DNA of 41,713 nucleotides from a virus (Duplodnaviria; Heunggongvirae; Uroviricota; Caudoviricetes): IMG/VR virus record IMGVR_UViG_2778261064_000003, positions 1 to 41,713 of that record; one strand, 5' to 3'. Shown piece by piece: positions 40,058 to 41,713 of this stretch (position 1 is its first letter; each line of letters starts with the position of its first letter). The notes under the pieces were generated by a model. It saw only the letters and a program-made list of their open reading frames with translations, ran no database searches and was not told where the DNA came from. The position numbers and the translations under genes were made by a program.

Positions 40058-40351
40058 ATGAAAAAAATGTTGTTTTCTGCCGCTCTGGCAATGCTTATTA
40101 CAGGATGTGCTCAACAGACGTTTACTGTTGGAAACAAACCGACAGCAGTAACACCAAAGGAAACCATCACCCATCACTTCTTCGTTTCGGGAATTGGACA
40201 GGAGAAAACTGTTGATGCAGCCAAAATTTGTGGCGGCGCAGAAAATATTGTTAAAACAGAAACCCAGCAAACATTCGTAAATGGATTGCTCGGTTTTATT
40301 ACTTTAGGCATTTATACTCCGCTGGAAGCGCGTGTGTATTGCTCACAATAA
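40058..40351 (+). CDS. bor: Bor lipoprotein (serum-resistance lipoprotein, Iss family)
   Basis: 97 aa MKKMLFSAALAMLITGCAQQTFTV... with lipobox LITGC; matches lambda Bor as recalled; convergent with Rz as in lambda. Confidence 0.9.
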   Translation: MKKMLFSAALAMLITGCAQQTFTVGNKPTAVTPKETITHHFFVSGIGQEKTVDAAKICGGAENIVKTETQQTFVNGLLGFITLGIYTPLEARVYCSQ

Positions 40352-40362
40352 TTGCATGAGTT

Positions 40363-40378
40363 GCCCATCGATATGGGC
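40363..40378. other. Perfect palindrome GCCCATCGATATGGGC between convergent bor and Rz
   Basis: Seen directly; no U-tract on either strand. Confidence 0.3.
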
Positions 40379-40382
40379 AGCT

Positions 40383-40856
40383 CTATCTGCACTGCTCATT
40401 AATATACTTCTGGGTTCCTTCCAGTTGTTTTTGCATAGTGATCAGCCTCTCTCTGAGGGTGAAATAATCCCGTTCAGCGGTGTCTGCCAGTCGGGGGGAG
40501 GCTGCATTATCCACGCCGGAGGCGGTGGTGGCTTCACGCACTGACTGACAGACTGCTTTGATGTGCAACCGACGACGACCAGCGGCAACATCATCACGCA
40601 GAGCATCATTTTCAGCTTTCGCATTAGCTAACTCCTTCGTGTATTTTTCATCCAGTGCAGCAACATCACGCTGGCGCATCTGCATGTCAGTAATTGCCGC
40701 GTTCGCCAGCTTCAGTTCTCTGGCATTTTTGTCGCGCTGGGCTTTGTAGGTAATGGCGTTATCACGGTAATGATTAACAGCCCATGACAGGCAGACGATG
40801 ATGCAGATAACCAGAGCGGAGATAATCGCGGTTACTCTGTTCATTGCTGACCCCAC
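40383..40856 (-). CDS. Rz: Rz i-spanin (start may be ATG 40844)
   Basis: N-terminal TM then coiled coil ([43 protein letters not shown]...), matching lambda Rz as recalled. Confidence 0.9.
   Translation of the reverse strand: MGSAMNRVTAIISALVICIIVCLSWAVNHYRDNAITYKAQRDKNARELKLANAAITDMQMRQRDVAALDEKYTKELANAKAENDALRDDVAAGRRRLHIKAVCQSVREATTASGVDNAASPRLADTAERDYFTLRERLITMQKQLEGTQKYINEQCR
40442..40624 (-). CDS. Rz1: Rz1 o-spanin lipoprotein, embedded in the +1 frame of Rz
   Basis: 60 aa [24 protein letters not shown]...[16 protein letters not shown] with lipobox and proline-rich region, matching lambda Rz1 as recalled. Confidence 0.85.
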   Translation of the reverse strand: MRKLKMMLCVMMLPLVVVGCTSKQSVSQCVKPPPPPAWIMQPPPDWQTPLNGIISPSERG

Positions 40857-41338
40857 AAACAGATTTCACGCTCAATCTCACGACGAGTCATGAGACCTTT
40901 CCATTGCTTACCGCCAGCATATGTCCAGCGACGTAGCTGATCACATGCGCCTTTGATATCGCCCTGGTTTATTTTGCGAAGAAGCGTCGATGTTCTGAAA
41001 TTGCCAGCGCCCACGTTGTAAACGAACGAGTAAAGAGCGCCGCGCGTTGTTTCCGGTATATCAACTTTTATGTACGGGTTAATTTGTCTGGCGACCGTGG
41101 CAAGGTGTTTATTCAGGAGGGCTTTGCATTCTGCTTTGGTATACGTTTTACCGAGCATGATGTCTTTTCCTGTATGCCCGTGACATACAGTCCATACACC
41201 AACAATATCTTTGTATGGTATGTAGCTGACACCTTCCAGACCATCGTTACCACTTGGGCCAGTGATTAACACTGATGCTATAGCAATTGCTCCGCCACCA
41301 ATAGCAGCAGCAACGGCTTTTCGTAATGATGGAGGCAT
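40841..41338 (-). CDS. R: SAR endolysin (phage-21 R-type lysozyme, GH24)
   Basis: 165 aa with N-terminal signal-anchor-release segment ([20 protein letters not shown]) followed by a lysozyme domain, matching phage 21 R as recalled. Confidence 0.9.
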   Translation of the reverse strand: MPPSLRKAVAAAIGGGAIAIASVLITGPSGNDGLEGVSYIPYKDIVGVWTVCHGHTGKDIMLGKTYTKAECKALLNKHLATVARQINPYIKVDIPETTRGALYSFVYNVGAGNFRTSTLLRKINQGDIKGACDQLRRWTYAGGKQWKGLMTRREIEREICLWGQQ

Positions 41339-41553
41339 TATTCACCTCTCGCAGCCTTGCGCTTATCTTCTTTAATCTTGAAATAAAGGTTTGTCAGGTA
41401 CGTCAGCAGGCCAAATACCAGGCTACCCAGCACACCTATTGCTGCCCACTGTGAGGGCGTGACTTTATCGAGCAGCTGTAAAAACCAGTAACCGGCACTA
41501 CCTGCTGAGGTGCCATAGGCGACACCCGTTGTTAACTTATCCATGGATTTCAT
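41338..41553 (-). CDS. S: Pinholin (phage-21 S-type) with dual-start motif MKSMDKL
   Basis: 71 aa from Met at 41553 with a second start 3 codons later; two TM segments and charged C-terminus ([13 protein letters not shown]), matching S21 as recalled. Confidence 0.85.
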
Positions 41554-41713
41554 AACCCCACCTCGCAGACAAAGCGGGTGTAAATTGAGGGAATACAACG
41601 TATCGCAAAAAAGCAGAAACGTAACAGACTCGGAGTCTGAACCGCCCCGGGAATCCTGGAGACTAAACTCCCTGAGAAAGAGGTAAACAGGATGACTAAA
41701 AATACACGTTTTT

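Noticed and set aside
41693-41713. Plus-strand ATG with RBS at 41693 (MTKNTRF...) at the window edge
   Set aside because: Only seven codons visible and it would be antisense to the expected late leader upstream of S; cannot be evaluated within this window.
41599-41713. Late promoter or tR'-like terminator upstream of S (hairpin CAGACTC-CGA-GAGTCTG near 41657..41671)
   Set aside because: The hairpin is not followed directly by a U-tract, and my recollection of the phage-21 late leader is not good enough to assign elements; left unannotated.

Overview
The window is entirely prophage DNA and contains two phages nested one inside the other. Positions 30476..41713 are a lambda-like (lambdoid) prophage segment on the minus strand: a phage-21-type lysis cassette (pinholin S, SAR endolysin R, Rz with embedded Rz1), bor on the plus strand, a cos site that matches lambda cos as I recall it, then Nu1, A, W, B, C, D, E, FI, FII, Z and a truncated U. 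The U reading frame is interrupted after codon 93 (position 30476) by the left end of a Mu-like transposable phage that fills 1..30475 and runs off the left edge. That element has an XRE-type repressor on the plus strand, then on the minus strand Ner-like, transposase A, ATPase B, a block of small early genes including Gam, a Mor/C-family activator, a GH108-type lysin with membrane proteins, and a Mu-order set of packaging, head and contractile-tail genes ending in a partial tail fiber. The points most worth follow-up are the phage-in-phage insertion into U, three 14-bp direct repeats at the Mu-like left end, a perfect 19-bp tandem duplication that frameshifts the gp48-like baseplate gene, a possible +1/-2 recoding extension of the tail chaperone, a duplicated terminator module, and uncharacterised small early genes including one plus-strand ORF. 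I could not identify a recognisable defence system; the small early genes are the only candidates for undescribed functions. All homology calls come from reading the translations and from recollection of lambda, phage 21 and Mu proteins; none was checked by search.
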